Shown here: piece after piece, positions 1 through 12,839 of the stretch
How the letters are laid out: the number at the start of each line of letters is the position of its first letter
Numbering within the stretch: position 1 is the stretch's first letter
Assembly (NCBI RefSeq): GCF_000143415.4
Contig: NW_003314358.1
Coordinates: 258,731 to 322,730 of the forward strand
Length of the DNA stretch: 64,000 nucleotides
Direction of reading: 5' to 3'
Origin: Selaginella moellendorffii
Lineage: Eukaryota > Plantae > Lycopodiophyta
Translations under genes and position numbers: made by a program
Notes under the pieces: model-generated
The model's input: only the letters and a program-made list of their open reading frames with translations
The model's database searches: none
Told to the model about the DNA's origin: nothing

Positions 1-190
1 AACACCAAGAATATTTTAAAAAAACACTAAAGAATATGCTTTCTTTTACTTAGGATTAGGGTTCATGTAAAATCAGGGTTCACAAGATCCAAAAGCGCTG
101 AGGTAAGTCTGGGATGGGAGAGGAAGGCAGCCATGCTGGAGCTGGGCTCATGTTCTGAAACTAAGGCCGACATCTAAGACAAGCCACGAA

Positions 191-2527
191 GTGAGTCCAT
201 GGAAGTGTAAGTATTGCTCGAATACTTACACTGGCACAGCTGAACGAGTTCGCACTTACCTTGGGGGTGTGAAAGGAAGGAATGTAGAGATTTGTATAGG
301 ACAGGTGCCACTAGAGGTGGTGAACAAGGCTCGGGCATCTTTTAATCGTGTGGATCTCATGAAGAGCTCCATGATTGCAGCAGTCCCCAAGAGAGACTTG
401 CCTTAGCTCATGAGACTGAGGTCGGTGAGGTGAGTGGCAGTGCCAGCTGCGGGGCAAGTGGTGGGGCTACCGGAGGGCTGGGCAAGGCAAGCAGTGGCAG
501 CGTTCCACTTTCGGGAGCAGCAGTCTTAAATTGAGTGCTGCACTAGTGCTGGATGGTGACATTCGAAAGATGATGAAGTCTGCAAAGGTTCAATGTCTGG
601 ATGATGCCATGGCTGAGTTCTTCTACGTTGAAAATATCCCTTTCAACACCATTCAAAGGCCAAATCTGAGGAAGTTGCTTCAAGCTGCTATTGACTTCAG
701 CCCTGGAGCTCTTGCACAGGTGATGGGATATGAGAAGCTGCAGAGTACACAGCTGAAGAAGCTTTATGATAGTGTCAATGCTTGACTTGATCCAATCTGT
801 GAGGGGTGGAGAAGATATGGAGTTAGCATCATCACTGATGGCTGGTCTGACAACCGTAGCTGATCCTTGATCAACTTCATGGCCTCCAACGTCCAGGGTT
901 TGGTTTTCTTGAAGTCTGTAGATTCTAAGGGCAGGACAAAGACGGGAGAGTGGATTTGGGTCAAGCTAAAGAAAGTGATTCAAGAAGTTGGCGAAGAAAA
1001 CGTTGTTTAGGTGATCATTAACAATGCATCAAATTGTGTGTAGATGGGAGAACTCATGACAGTTGAGTATCCTCACATTCTCCACAGCCGGTGTGTGTGC
1101 CACATCTTGGACCTTCTCTTTGAAGACATCGGGAGCTTGTCGTGGGTAAAACCACTAGTGAAAGGCTGCAACGAGGTGGTAACTTTTATCACCAAAAAAC
1201 CTCGTGTTCTGGCTTTGTTTTGGAAGCTAAGCAATCGAGATCTCATCAAGCTGGCGAGCACAAGGTTCGCTTACATGTTTCTAGTGATGTCTCAACTCCT
1301 GAATTTGACAACCTTGGAGGCATTGAAGGAGATGGTCTTTCTGGACTAGGTGCCAGCACTTGTTGGTGCTGCTTGGACTGCTCCTCAAGGTCTTGAAGCT
1401 TGCAGACCGGGAGGGGGCAACTTCCGGTCTCATTTTCGAGGCTATGAACCAGATGAATGAGAAGCTTTCAGAGGCTGTTGAGACTGGGATTTTAGCCAAG
1501 GAAGAGGTCGAGGAGATCAACAGGTTCATGATGGAGGATCATGGCAAGGGAGGTCGGAAAGCAGCTCGTTGGTTCCAGATGCATTCGATCTTGCATGCAA
1601 TTGCTTTTGTTCTGAACCCAACTTTTCTTCATCTCCCTCTCGACCAGGAGGCTCAGGAAGATTTTGTGGAGTACCTAGAGTTGTATTGCAAAGGAGATCG
1701 AGGACTTCAACACAAGCTGCTGCACGAGTTTCAGAGTTTCTGTCAACAACTTGGCCATTTGTTCTCTTCGGAGGCAGCAAAGCAGGTGCATATAAACTGT
1801 TTATTTGTCAACTTTTTAGACTGATTCTCTTGTATAGATGGAGAACTGGAAACACCCGGTGAGTTGGTGGAGCAACTTTGGTGCAGGCACACTAGAACTT
1901 CAAAGGCTTGCTTTACGGATTTATGCTTTATTTTGTTAAAGTGGAACTTATTCAGTAAAGTGGGACATTAATTAGCATGTGTCCACATGCCATTTCCTAG
2001 TACTTAATTAATATTTATTAATATTTCTATCAGTTTTTTAATTTATTTTTTATATTTCACAATATTATAACACAAAATCATATGAAAAGTTTTTAATTTA
2101 TAAATTATAAAGCTAAAACTTCAATTTTTTATTGTTGTTATAAAAATGGCATGTGGCCACACACCATAAGTGGAATAATGAAAAGTTCCACTTTAACGAA
2201 ATAAAGCATATTTTGAGTCGACCAGTTTGTGCTTCACCATGCGAGCAAAACTGGAGCTCATGGAGCATGATCCAGACAAAGAGGAGGTCTCGACTGCTCT
2301 CCAAAAACTCGAAGAAGCTGGTTTTTGTGCACACAAATATGCATGTTGTACAGAAGATCAAGTCTGAGAGTTTGAGGCTTATCGAGCATGATCTTGATAA
2401 CCTTGAGCTTGAGCCTCAGTGGCAAAGGATCCTTGCACTTCAGGAGGTTGTTGAAGAACCTCTTCAACAACCTGATGACGACGGCACTAGTGGTGATGAT
2501 GTTCTAGATTCGGAGGATGAAGATTAG
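191..2527 (+). pseudogene. hAT-family DNA transposase pseudogene (BED finger, DUF659-like core, C-terminal dimerization domain)
   Basis: WKCKYC BED-like start; 'AEFFYVENIPFN', 'IITDGWSD', 'CVCHILDLLFEDI', 'TRFA', 'LHAIAFVLNP', 'WWSNFGAGTLELQRLALRI/LSRPVCASPCEQNWS'. Many in-frame stops; probable intron ~1786-1837; MITE at 1923-2209. Confidence 0.9.
1923..2209. mobile_element. Non-autonomous TIR element (MITE) nested in the hAT transposase
   Basis: Left end ATGCTTTATTTTGTTAAAGTGGAACT and right end AGTTCCACTTTAACGAAATAAAGCAT form a 26-bp TIR with 1 mismatch. There is a subterminal inverted repeat (GTGTCCACATGCCATTT / AAAATGGCATGTGGCCAC). ATTT is duplicated on both flanks; removing the element restores the RILSRP reading frame. 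Confidence 0.9.
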
Positions 2528-2599
2528 ATTAAACCTATATTATATTATGTTAAACTTTTTTAGTAACAGTTAATTATTTTTTAATTATATTAAAACTGA

Positions 2600-2754
2600 A
2601 AACCATTATACCTATTCGAAAAAAAGCTAAACGGGTATTAAACGTTCAATACCCGTTCGAATCCGTTGCATTCGAATGTTCGGATGCAAGTATGGTCTCC
2701 GTAAGGACTGCCCGATAGGTAACTTTCGATACCTGAAGTCACATTCGCGACACT
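2600..2754 (+). mobile_element. Probable hAT 3' subterminal region and terminus (…TTCGCGACACT)
   Basis: CG-rich subterminal-like sequence after the transposase, ending abruptly where the repeat unit starts; the partner TIR is not in the window. Confidence 0.45.
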
Positions 2755-4770
2755 TTCTCAGCCTCGACCTTGGACTCTATCTCAAGTCCATCTTGGACTT
2801 GACCTTGAACTCCATTTTGGAGTCCATCTTAGACTCCATCTCGGGTTCATCTCAAACTCCATCTCAGGTCCATCTTGGACTCTATTTAGGGTCCATCTCA
2901 GGTCCATCTTGGACTCTATCTAGGGTCCATCTCAGATCCATCTCAGATCCATCTTGGACTCCATCTCGAACTCCATCTTGGGTCCATCTTGGGTCCATCT
3001 TGGGTCCATATCAGGCTCCATCTCGGGTCCATCTCAAAATCCTTCTCAGACTTTATCTTAACACTTCCATATGTTATATATTGGTCCTCTTATGTCCCTT
3101 TTCTAGAGACTCACTTATTTCTTGCTTTGTGCTCATTTTTAGAACACTTCGTTAGGAGTTCCACTCCCACTCTCGACTATCCAAGTCAAAGCTTTTAGTC
3201 TAAATGTGTTATGCTTGTTTGGCTTCCACTTTGGCCACTACCACGTGGCCCCTTTTCAGCTCCATTTTGGGGCTTGGGGATTTTTGTATTATAGATGCCT
3301 AGAGACATAAGGAACACCCTTCCCCAATATCCCTTCTTCTATTCCCATTAAGTCCTTCTCCATCCACAGCCATGCTTGCTAACACTGCCATTGGGTCAAA
3401 GCCTAAATGCCTAACCACTAAGTCCCACTAACTTTTAAAACTTCCTTATCATATAAGTGTATCCTTGGTCACTATACCATAGGAGTACTCCTCTTCCTTT
3501 TCGTAGTCCAAAACTTTGGGACGACATTTTGAAATACCGTGGCCCTATGCAAGCCTCTTTGGGTACTCTCCCCACCTTTCGCCCTTAGATGCCCTAGCTA
3601 TGTGGCTAAAGCAAAATTTCAATGAGCCACACAAGGTATCCAAATAGGTAGTGCCACCCACACTTGGATTGGGAGCATCAACTATTTGATCTCCCAGGGG
3701 AGCTAGAGCTAGCTTTTGAACACTTCACTAAGTTATCCCACTTGTTTGTCCGTATTTATTTTAGTGTTGGACTCCTCAGTGGATATATCATCACCCAACA
3801 CATAGGTATAACCTTTTTTAGTCACACTAGCCTTTCCTAGCTAAACTAACTCTACTAGAATTCTCCCCCTACTATACTTTTGGAGCTCACCAAAGCTCCT
3901 AGGGTTTGGGAGATGATCTCTTTAGGCTTTCACCCTCGGACTTGGATTCAGACTCGGACTTAGACTCAAACTCAGACTTAGTCTTAGACTTAGACTCAGT
4001 CTCAGACTTGGTCTTAGTCTCAATTTCAGTCTTGGTCTCGCTCTAAATCTTGGTCTCAGTCTTAGTCTTTTTCTCAGCCTCGACCTCGGACTCTATCTCA
4101 AGTCCATCTCGGATTTGACCTCAAACTCCATCTCGAAGTCCATCTCGGGTATATCTCAGACTCTATCTCAGGTCCATCTTGGACTCTATCTTAGGTCCAT
4201 TTTGGACTCTATCTCGGGTCCATCTTAGATCCATCTCGAATTCCATCTCGGGTCCATCTGAAGTCCATATCTGACTCCATCTTGGATCCATATTAGGCTC
4301 CATCTCGAGTCCATCTCAAACTCCTTTTCAGACTCCATCTTAGACTTCATCTTAACACTTCCATGTGTCATATATTGGTCCTCTTATGTCCTTTTTCTAG
4401 AGACTCACTTATTTCTTGTTTTGTGTTCATTCCTAGAACACTTCGTTAGGAGTTCCACTCCCACTCTCAACTATCCAAGTCAAAGCTTTTAGTCTAAATG
4501 TGGTATGCTTGTTTGGCTTCCACTTTGGCCACTACCACGTGGCCCCTTTTCAGCTCCATTTTGGGGCTTAGGGATTTGTGTATTACAAATGCCTAGAGAC
4601 ATAGAGAACACCCTTCCCTAATATCTCTTCTTCCATCCCCATTAAGTCTCTCTCCATCCACGGCCATGTTTGCCAACACTGCCATTGGGTTAGGGCCCAA
4701 AGGCCTGACCACTAAGTCCCACTAACCTCTAAAACTTCCTCACCATGTGACTGTACCTTGTGACTATAAG
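2754..4770. repeat. Direct duplication (~2754-3478 vs ~4070-4770, period ~1.3 kb) containing 12-bp (GGACTCCATCTC/GGGTCCATCTC) and 6-bp (GACTCA/GTCTCA) minisatellites
   Basis: Both copies begin TTCTCAGCCTCGACC and share long near-identical blocks (e.g. AACACTTCGTTAGGAGTTCCACTCCCACTC, GGCTTCCACTTTGGCCACTACCACGTGGCCCC). Confidence 0.9.
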
Positions 4771-5299
4771 TGTTAGAGAATGATGTTGATGATAGATGTA
4801 AAGAAAAACTAGGAACTATGAGTAGTAAATTGTGAAATGGATGAGCTCCTAGACAAGAAGAGTTGATGCAACCTCAAGATGAAAGTCCAAGATAATGCTT
4901 ACTCTGTCATAAGAATCACATTGTGGACATGACAAAGAAGAGATTAAAGCAAAAGAAAAGAAAGAGAGAAAAAGAAAAGGAAGAAAAAGAGAGTGAAACA
5001 AACTCATTGTCAAAAGATTTTGAGGTGGTAGTAGTTGTGAGCATGTGGCAACTCCTACCCTACCTTGTATGTGAGGATCTAAGCACCACCTCCTATGTGC
5101 TTCTTGATAAAGAAGGAACTGAGCCATCTAGGGGAGAACTTTGCAGGTGGTGCCAAATCCTAGAGCATCACAAGTTGTCCCATTGGAATGGGCTTAGCTT
5201 GTCGAAACTAATCTTGTCAGCCCTTATATTTGTGCTTTGTGTCTAAAAGGTGCTTTGCCATTGCACATTGCTGCTCATCAAGCTGGAGAAGATCCCATG

Positions 5300-7850
5300 C
5301 TCAAGCTTGTAGTTGCTCCTCCTCGGTAAGCTAAAACTCTACTGTGTGTCACAAGACAAGATGAAGAGAAGGGATCTAGAGCTCAATTGAAAGAATGGCC
5401 TCAACTCCATATATTAGAGAAAATGGTGAGGCAGCAACAATAGTCTTGAACATTGTCTTGAAAGCCCAAAGTGCTATGGATAAGTGCTCGTACCATCGGC
5501 AAGGATGATCTTTGGTGAGCTTTGAAAGGATAGTCTTGAGGACTTTGTTATTGGACTCGGCCTAACCATTCAACTATAGGTAGTAACTACTGCTCTTCAT
5601 ATGCTAGACCTACAAGAGCTGAAGGAGTTGTTATGTAACATGTCTGAGAAAAGCACCACCACTGTCTAAAATAAGGATGGCTAACACTTTGAAACAGTAA
5701 GCAATATGCTCATTGATGAAGCGAGCTATGGAAGATTAATCAGCATGCTGCAAAGGGACTACCTCCACCTATTTTGTAAAGTAGTCTATGGCCATAGAAA
5801 GATAGCGATGACCTTACGAGCTGGGAGGTGAAATTGGTCCACAAAATCCAAGCCCCATCTGAAGAACGGTCATGATGAAGTGACAACTTGGAAGTGTGGA
5901 ATGTGACTCTAAAGATTGAACTTCTAGCACTGGAGACAAGTCTTTACAAAGGTTGTTATGTCATGATGAAATGTTAGCCAATAAAGCATTTGTCTCCCTA
6001 AGGTGTGGTAGGCTGCGAGCACTGGAAGGATAGTGGGGGATGGGAGTGTTGGGCAGCTGATGTTAGACCTCGGGTGCCCAGCTTGCATTGACTTTCGAGC
6101 CCTCAATGACAACACAATCCGAGATTTCTTTCCAACACCTTTTGTTGAATCTATCATTGACGACTTGGCTGGGCAGTTTTTCTACTCATTCATAGACGGA
6201 TATGCAAGCTACAATCAAGTAGTCATTGCCCCAGAGGACAGGGACAAAACTGCTTTAAAGTGGAGTGTCTCCTTGCTGCAAACTTCATCTATCCAATGGA
6301 CTACATAGAGTGGCTCTCCAACATTGTCCCTGTAAACAAGTCTAATGGCAAGTTGTGGATCTGGCTTTGATTGCTACAAGGAGAGAAGGATTCACTTGTT
6401 GAACCTTGTCACAAACTGGTCGTGCATCCTTGAGTGTGATCCGGTGCATGATCACATCATCAAGTACTCCATGAAGCTGGGAATAGTCCCATGCAAAGAC
6501 ATCCTTGAAGCACGAGAGTGAGTCCAAGAGCTACATTGCAAACGAGTCATCAAGAGCACTTGCAATCAGGATTAGGTCTTTATCCCTTGAAAGGAAGACC
6601 TTATGGCATTGGCTGTCAAGCTCCATGGATGTAATGGTCACCACTTTGAGGTGCTCTGCCAAAGAGACTTGCACTAAAGGCTTGTCAAGAGCTTGCCTCA
6701 TCTCTATGATTGCTTCATGTGAGAGCTTGTTAGCCCAAAAATTCTTTGCTTGAGGGATGCTGGAGAAGGTGACATGGTTGAAGTGCTCCTGTAAGCACTG
6801 AGCACAATCCCAAAGAGCCCGAATGTTGTCTTGCCGAACCTAATATCGACCATTGAGCTGATTGACAACCAGCTGAGAGTCCCCAAGGAAGGAGACTTGT
6901 CTGATCCCTTTGTCTTGAGCAAGCTCCATAGCAGAGATGACAGCTAGATACTCAACTTTATTTGTTGAGGTTGCAGGGAGGAGGATGTCCCAACACTAGC
7001 ACTTCTCTTCCAGGAGCCACTAGACATGCACAAAGTCTTCTTTGATGGAGCATGGTGCCCGAGACACCAAAAGCAGGCATTGGAGTTTGGATCTTGGATC
7101 CCAACAAGAAAAAGGTGGTGCACCTTGCTACCACTCTTCTCGACATTGGACAAAGTAGTGAGAATTGTAGTTGCCACCTTTTCTTCCTCACAAGCTGGTG
7201 GCTAAACAGGGATGGAAGATTATCCTAGTAATCTTTTGGAGATGACTTAGAAGACTCAAGGTCAAAAGAAGCTACTGGAATCACCATATCATATGTTGTG
7301 GACATTTGTAGAATCTCAGGAATCTCACTGTAATCTGAAGTGGGTGACCCAATGACAAGTTGATAGAGCTTTGGGTAGATATACAAGAGGTTTGTTGGTG
7401 CTGTGGTCCAGTTTTTGTGGAAAAAGTCAACCATGTTGCATCGCAAAGACTGAAACACCATCATCATGTTGGCAAGTGACGAAGAAGTAACAAATTGTTA
7501 TGGAGAGGAGCTCAGTGGTGCTGTTGCAACCTTAGCCATATCTTGGCATGCCAAGTCCTACCCCTTAGCATTGAGAATTGTCACCTGGCTGTTTCCTCTC
7601 CCAATTTATAATTGCTCATGTTTGAAGTCCAAGACATAAGGTGTTGCATCTAGCTATGGCTACCCCAAGATGACAGACTTCTCCTATGAGGAGGCTCCCA
7701 AAGCAACATAGTCCACAACAAGGAAGTTTGTTGTGGACTCATGACTATGGATGAGAATGTGGACACTTCAGCAAATTCCCAAGTTAGCATAGCATGACCT
7801 TTGAGGAAAATAGGTGAGTTTAATTGTGAGAGCTTTTATAAACTTGATAA
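5300..7850 (-). mobile_element. Degenerate, rearranged Ty3/Gypsy LTR-retrotransposon pol remnants (protease, pre-RT region, integrase)
   Basis: Minus strand: protease-like 'TNFLVVD…ILG*P*L' (~7560-7830); 'KDVFAWDYSQLHG…MHRITL' (~6350-6530); integrase 'YWLTFHHDITTFVKTCLQC' and 'AIDYFTK*VEVVPL…IARFINEHIAYCF…ILDSG' (~5650-6000). Many stops. Confidence 0.85.
6080..6255 (+). mobile_element. Gypsy reverse-transcriptase fragment in opposite orientation to flanking pol
   Basis: 'CIDFRALNDNTIRDFFPTPFVESIIDDLAGQFFYSFIDGYASYNQVVIAPEDRDKTA' matches RT motifs. Confidence 0.85.
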
Positions 7851-10300
7851 AAACAATATTGGGGTAAATGTTCTAAGTTGGAAGGCAAGTTTAAAGTTGA
7901 TAGTATTTAATGCAATAACAACCTTTTGAAATGATATGTGGATAGTAATCTAGCACAGGAGGTGTTGCTAAAGAACAAAGAGGCACTAGATGCTCACTTG
8001 AGTTACCTAGGGAAAAGAAAATTGGTTATGTAGATGAGAGTGTATATTCCAAAAGGAGAATTGAGAGTTATGATGGATTTTTGCAAGATATGATGGGTGT
8101 CTAAGGTGATGGGCTTGTTCAAGAGAAACTATCACTTACTGAGTATACCTAAAGATGTATATAATTATATAAAGATATGCACAACATATCAGTAGGTGAT
8201 TAAAGTTAATAGGGGTGTAAACCACAAATTTTTCCTTTCCAATTTGCTAGCTTGGTTAATTTAGCCTTACTTAAGTTCCCTTGCTAAATTTTTTGCCTAT
8301 TGTCAACTTCTATTTAATCCTATTTAAGTTCAACTATTCATTGTATAAGTAATGGGGTGTTAGCCATTTGTCCACAGATTCCCAAATTCTCTTCCAATCC
8401 CCTTCCTTGGGTTAGGTTAGATTTAAAGTTTGACTACACTCCCCATAGGCACAAGTAGCTAACCCCAAACCTCTAGGTTTTTAATATCCCTTAGTACAAC
8501 AAGATTTGATTATAGGATACTCTAAATCCAAAGCCTTGGATGCATCTCTTACTTTAGGATCCCATGGGGAAACACTATGGCCTAATGGCCTAGTATGGGT
8601 ACCCTTACTCCCCACTTTTATCCCGTGAACGACAAAAGAACTCCAATCTATCAAAACCAATTATAGTAATAATCAATTAAATAGAATTAATGTAGCATGA
8701 CCAACAAACACTTGTTTATGCTAACTATTGCACTAACCAATCTTAATAAATCCTTATCAATAATACAAAAGAACTCACGTTATTTAAGCAAGCATAAGTA
8801 ATATCCTATCAAAATCAAAGATACAAAACCCAAAAGACCAGTCTAAAATAAACTACAAAGAACATGTGGTAATATGAAAAACCAAAAGCTATTAAAGAGA
8901 ATAATTAACTATCATGAAAGATCATCAATGATCCCATCAATAAAGAAATGCATAATCATCATCGAAAAAAGAATCTACCATCCCAAAGAATAGCAAATCA
9001 TTAAATATCAACAATAATCAAGCAAAACCTTGAAAAGGAAAATCAATTATTGTAGATGACAATTAATTATCACCAATGATTGCTAGATGTAAATACTAAC
9101 TTCAATATCAAAACTAATAAGTTAAATTACGTTCCCTAACAACTTCTAACAAATTGAACAATAAGCATGAGAATTAAAAAAACCAAAAGCTCAAAGAACT
9201 TTATAGCCAAGTCTTGTTTAACAATAATCATAAGTCTTGCATAAATTAACTTAAATGCTAAGAAGAAATCATAGTACAACCCACAATATCCTTCCCAACA
9301 CATAATGCAAAAACTAATGAAAAATATGTTTGCATCAATCTAAAAGTTAAGCATAATAAATCTATACTTAACTAGTGATCACTAAACAATCCTCCATAAA
9401 TCCATCTTCCATATCATAACATAATTCATTTCATAATAAGCAAGAAGAATCATTAATAATAGATATATCCACAACTGAAATCCAACAAGGATTCACTCAA
9501 CCTTTACTAAATAATCTTGTCTAGAACACTACTAACTCAATTTTGCCACTCAGATTATTTCAACACTAATATAGTTGTTAACTAGCAAATATATGAATGC
9601 CAATAACATAAATCATTAATACTATCTATCAAAACTAATGAAACTCAATATTAATCTTATGGAGACATATTTCATTTCACTCAAATCTCAATATCAACAA
9701 TATTAATGATAGAGCATTACTTCAATACCATCAACACCAAAAACAAAATCAAAAGAGAGCAAGAATGATCTTTCAACAATATTTAGTTACAGATAATACA
9801 TCATTAAGGAGTGAATCACCACATCTAAGACTCAATGAAATCAAACACTATAAACTAAATGCAACCAAATGATATCAATAAAGATAGAATCGACATGTTA
9901 ACATGGAAAAACCATGCAAGCCTACAACACAATCCTTTGCAACACCATCCAGTAAAGCAAATTTATCACTACTAAATCATCATCAAGCAAAACAAGTGTC
10001 AGTAATTCTCAACAAAGTTTGCAAGCAACTACTAGTCGCAAAGCCACCAATAATCATTGTCAACTCACCTTCATAAGAACCAAACACTAAATTCATATTA
10101 TCAAATCATATACTTGTTCAACATGAAGGTAATACCCCAAGTACAAGACATGGGAACATGGCCAAGCATAGACAATGACTACTCAAATCCAATCATATAG
10201 CAATAAGCCTATCAACAGCTAATATAATGTATAGCTAATAGTTTCGAGCTTAACCAAAGAGTTAGCTATGTAGAAAAAAATGCCACTTTTGTTCATAGGT
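7850..10300. repeat. Highly decayed AT-rich, strand-skewed sequence, probably retroelement-derived (gag/UTR/LTR)
   Basis: No ORFs; A/C-rich and G-poor plus strand from ~8640; adjacent to Gypsy pol. Confidence 0.35.
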
Positions 10301-11569
10301 CATTTCTCCTTATATTTGAACATTATAGATCATCTTTTACATTGTTCATTTTGGTTGCTTACAGAAAGGTAGATCAAAAGTAAAGCTTTCAAAAGAAAAA
10401 AAAAAAAAGGTACTTCAAAATTATGGTATGGAACTTTAAATCACTTATTCCAAGCTTATTAGATAGTAGCTTAGATATTATGCTCCTATTCTCATCACTA
10501 AACTGTGATGCTTGACGTGATGTAAACTAAAAATTCACAACTAGAATTGAATATTTAAAACTGTTGAAAGGTGAGAGGCATAATTTTATTACTACATTTT
10601 AGATGGATGGGAGACATGTTGTGTGGTTAGATATGTTAATAATAGAGATGCATATCATTCTCAAATGGAACTCCAATAAAAAGAAGAGAATTGTTTGAGT
10701 GTTTTAAATTGTTATCAAGATTTAGTTGTGAAATGAACAATTAGTTTAGAATATTGTAATATTTGAATATTTTTCATGGATCTAGTTATAAGTTGTTAAC
10801 ATATCATACCACTAGGAGCCATTCTACTTCCACTTGTGAAACCTCTTTACTATTGTTTCTCCATGTGGCATCTATAGCCTTAATGTAAATTTGTCATTGC
10901 TTTTGACTTGGATCTTTAGTCCTGGAAATTTAAAAAGTAATATGAAATTTTTTAATTACATTTAATTAATAATTTATAACATATTAATTTTCTGTATAAA
11001 TTAGTATTTTATAATTTTAATAATAAAATGTTAGAAAATAAATATATATAAATTAAATAAGAAAACCAACATTCCTATAAGCAAAGCATAGTAAATTATT
11101 CTTTTTATATTAAAAATTAATTATTTTTATATCCAATATTAATTTTAAGTTCTTATCAGCCCTCATGAGTTTAAACATCAAAGTTCATAAAACGTAATTT
11201 GGATGTTAAGTGAAGGAAGTAAAAATGTACACTTGAGATGACAAGGAAGATTATATAATAAGATTAAAACATGATTTTTAAATAGCAGATAGAGTTGAAA
11301 TTCTAAAACATATATATCTAGATTTGAAAATACTATTACACCTTATTTTTCTCCCTTTAAACCATATGTAAGAAATTCAAATGATATTTCTCCTTTAATC
11401 ATAATAGCATTTACTGTTATTATTCCAAAAGGTGCTAAGGGTTCACAATGACAATACTTTTAAATACATGAAGTGAAATGAAACTATAGCCAAACTATCA
11501 ATTGTTTCTATTGTAAATTTGTATATATAAATATATATATATCAATATATGTCTCTTGACTAGATAATT

Positions 11570-11570
<1 letters not shown>

Positions 11571-11604
<34 letters not shown>
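11571..11604. repeat. Compound (TG)n(TA)n microsatellite
   Basis: Direct reading. Confidence 0.95.
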
Positions 11605-11969
11605 GTTGATAACTATAATAAACATGCAATCAAGTCTTATTTTGGTTTAAATATTTCTTCATGCTTATGATATGGTTGTAGTATTTGCATCCTATTTTTA
11701 ATAATTTATGGAAATATAAAGTACATATGTTTCTAGACAGTAAACCAAAATTCATTATAATATGTGAAATTTATTACAAAAAAGTATTAAAGTTTACTTT
11801 AAATTTAAAATTTTATTTCTTTTCCAAAATTTAAAGTTTAAATATCTTTAAAAAATTAAAAAGATGATTAAACTATATAGACATATAATATTAACAAATT
11901 CAAAGCAATAGTAATTTAATAAATTTATATAAGCTTAACTATCTTTTTATATATTAAGAAATTTTATAT

Positions 11970-12839
11970 ATGAAATTTTTATTTTTATTTTTATTTTCTT
12001 TTTGTATTAGTATTAATTCAATAATTGAACATGGGGGAGAAAATACAATAACTCAAGAGAGTGTTGATTTAATTTTATATGCAATGGAATTAATGATTAA
12101 TAATATATCTGGAGAAGAATTACCTAAAGGACAAAGCATGCAATTTCCATTTACAATACAAGATGATAGAGTTGGCCCATTGAATGTTGTTAATCAGATG
12201 TGGGTATATAGTAAATTTGGGAAACACTATGATCAATGTAGTGCAAATAGTGAAGATATTGAATATGATCATGGAAATAATGTTGGATTTCATTTAAATA
12301 ATTTATTAGATATATATCGTGCTGCAATAAGAAATTTTCGAGCAACATTTATTACAGTTATAAATGATTATTTTGCAATTGAGTATATTATAACAAACTT
12401 TCATCAACCTAAGCCCTTTGATAAATTTACAATTAATAGTTTAAATGATTGTAGAATTCATTTCACAACTTTATTTAGTACTTTACCTTCATATTACTTA
12501 AGAGGTTCACAATTTATAATGTCTCTAAATAAAAAAGCTTTATTATATTTACATCTAAATTGTATTTTAGCTTTATATGTAAAGAACAAATTAAAATGGT
12601 TTGTAGGATCAAATCAATATAATAATTGTGAATTTAAAATGCAGATAGATGGAAATATAGTTTTATATTCTTTTGGTCATAATGTTGTTTGGTCTCCAAA
12701 TATTTTTTGTGGTAAATCGATTTGCTTTTTATCTTTACAAAATGATTGTAATTTAGTTTTATATGAATCTAATCAAATGGTACTTTCTCGACATCCTGTT
12801 ATTAGAGCAAGATGGTCATCAAATACATATCCTTGTTAA
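11970..12839 (+). CDS. Secreted chimeric lectin: signal peptide + unknown ~130-aa domain + bulb-type (GNA/B) lectin domain
   Basis: 289-aa intronless ORF in very AT-rich DNA; MKFLFLFLFSFCIS signal peptide; QxDxNxVxY mannose-site motifs 'QIDGNIVLY' and 'QNDCNLVLY' plus a degenerate first repeat 'HLNCILALY'. Confidence 0.75.
   Translation: MKFLFLFLFSFCISINSIIEHGGENTITQESVDLILYAMELMINNISGEELPKGQSMQFPFTIQDDRVGPLNVVNQMWVYSKFGKHYDQCSANSEDIEYDHGNNVGFHLNNLLDIYRAAIRNFRATFITVINDYFAIEYIITNFHQPKPFDKFTINSLNDCRIHFTTLFSTLPSYYLRGSQFIMSLNKKALLYLHLNCILALYVKNKLKWFVGSNQYNNCEFKMQIDGNIVLYSFGHNVVWSPNIFCGKSICFLSLQNDCNLVLYESNQMVLSRHPVIRARWSSNTYPC

Noticed and set aside
2676-3198. 159-aa and 69-aa ORFs
   Set aside because: They arise from the 12-bp minisatellite, and the second copy of the unit is not open
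2770-4350. Regular short repeats superficially like a CRISPR array
   Set aside because: No unique spacers, no cas genes, eukaryotic context
4849-5246. Lys/Glu-rich ORF and its antisense partner
   Set aside because: Low-complexity sequence within retroelement debris with no recognisable domain
4771-8640. Possible paired LTRs around the Gypsy remnant
   Set aside because: No matching direct repeats, PBS or TSD could be identified by eye
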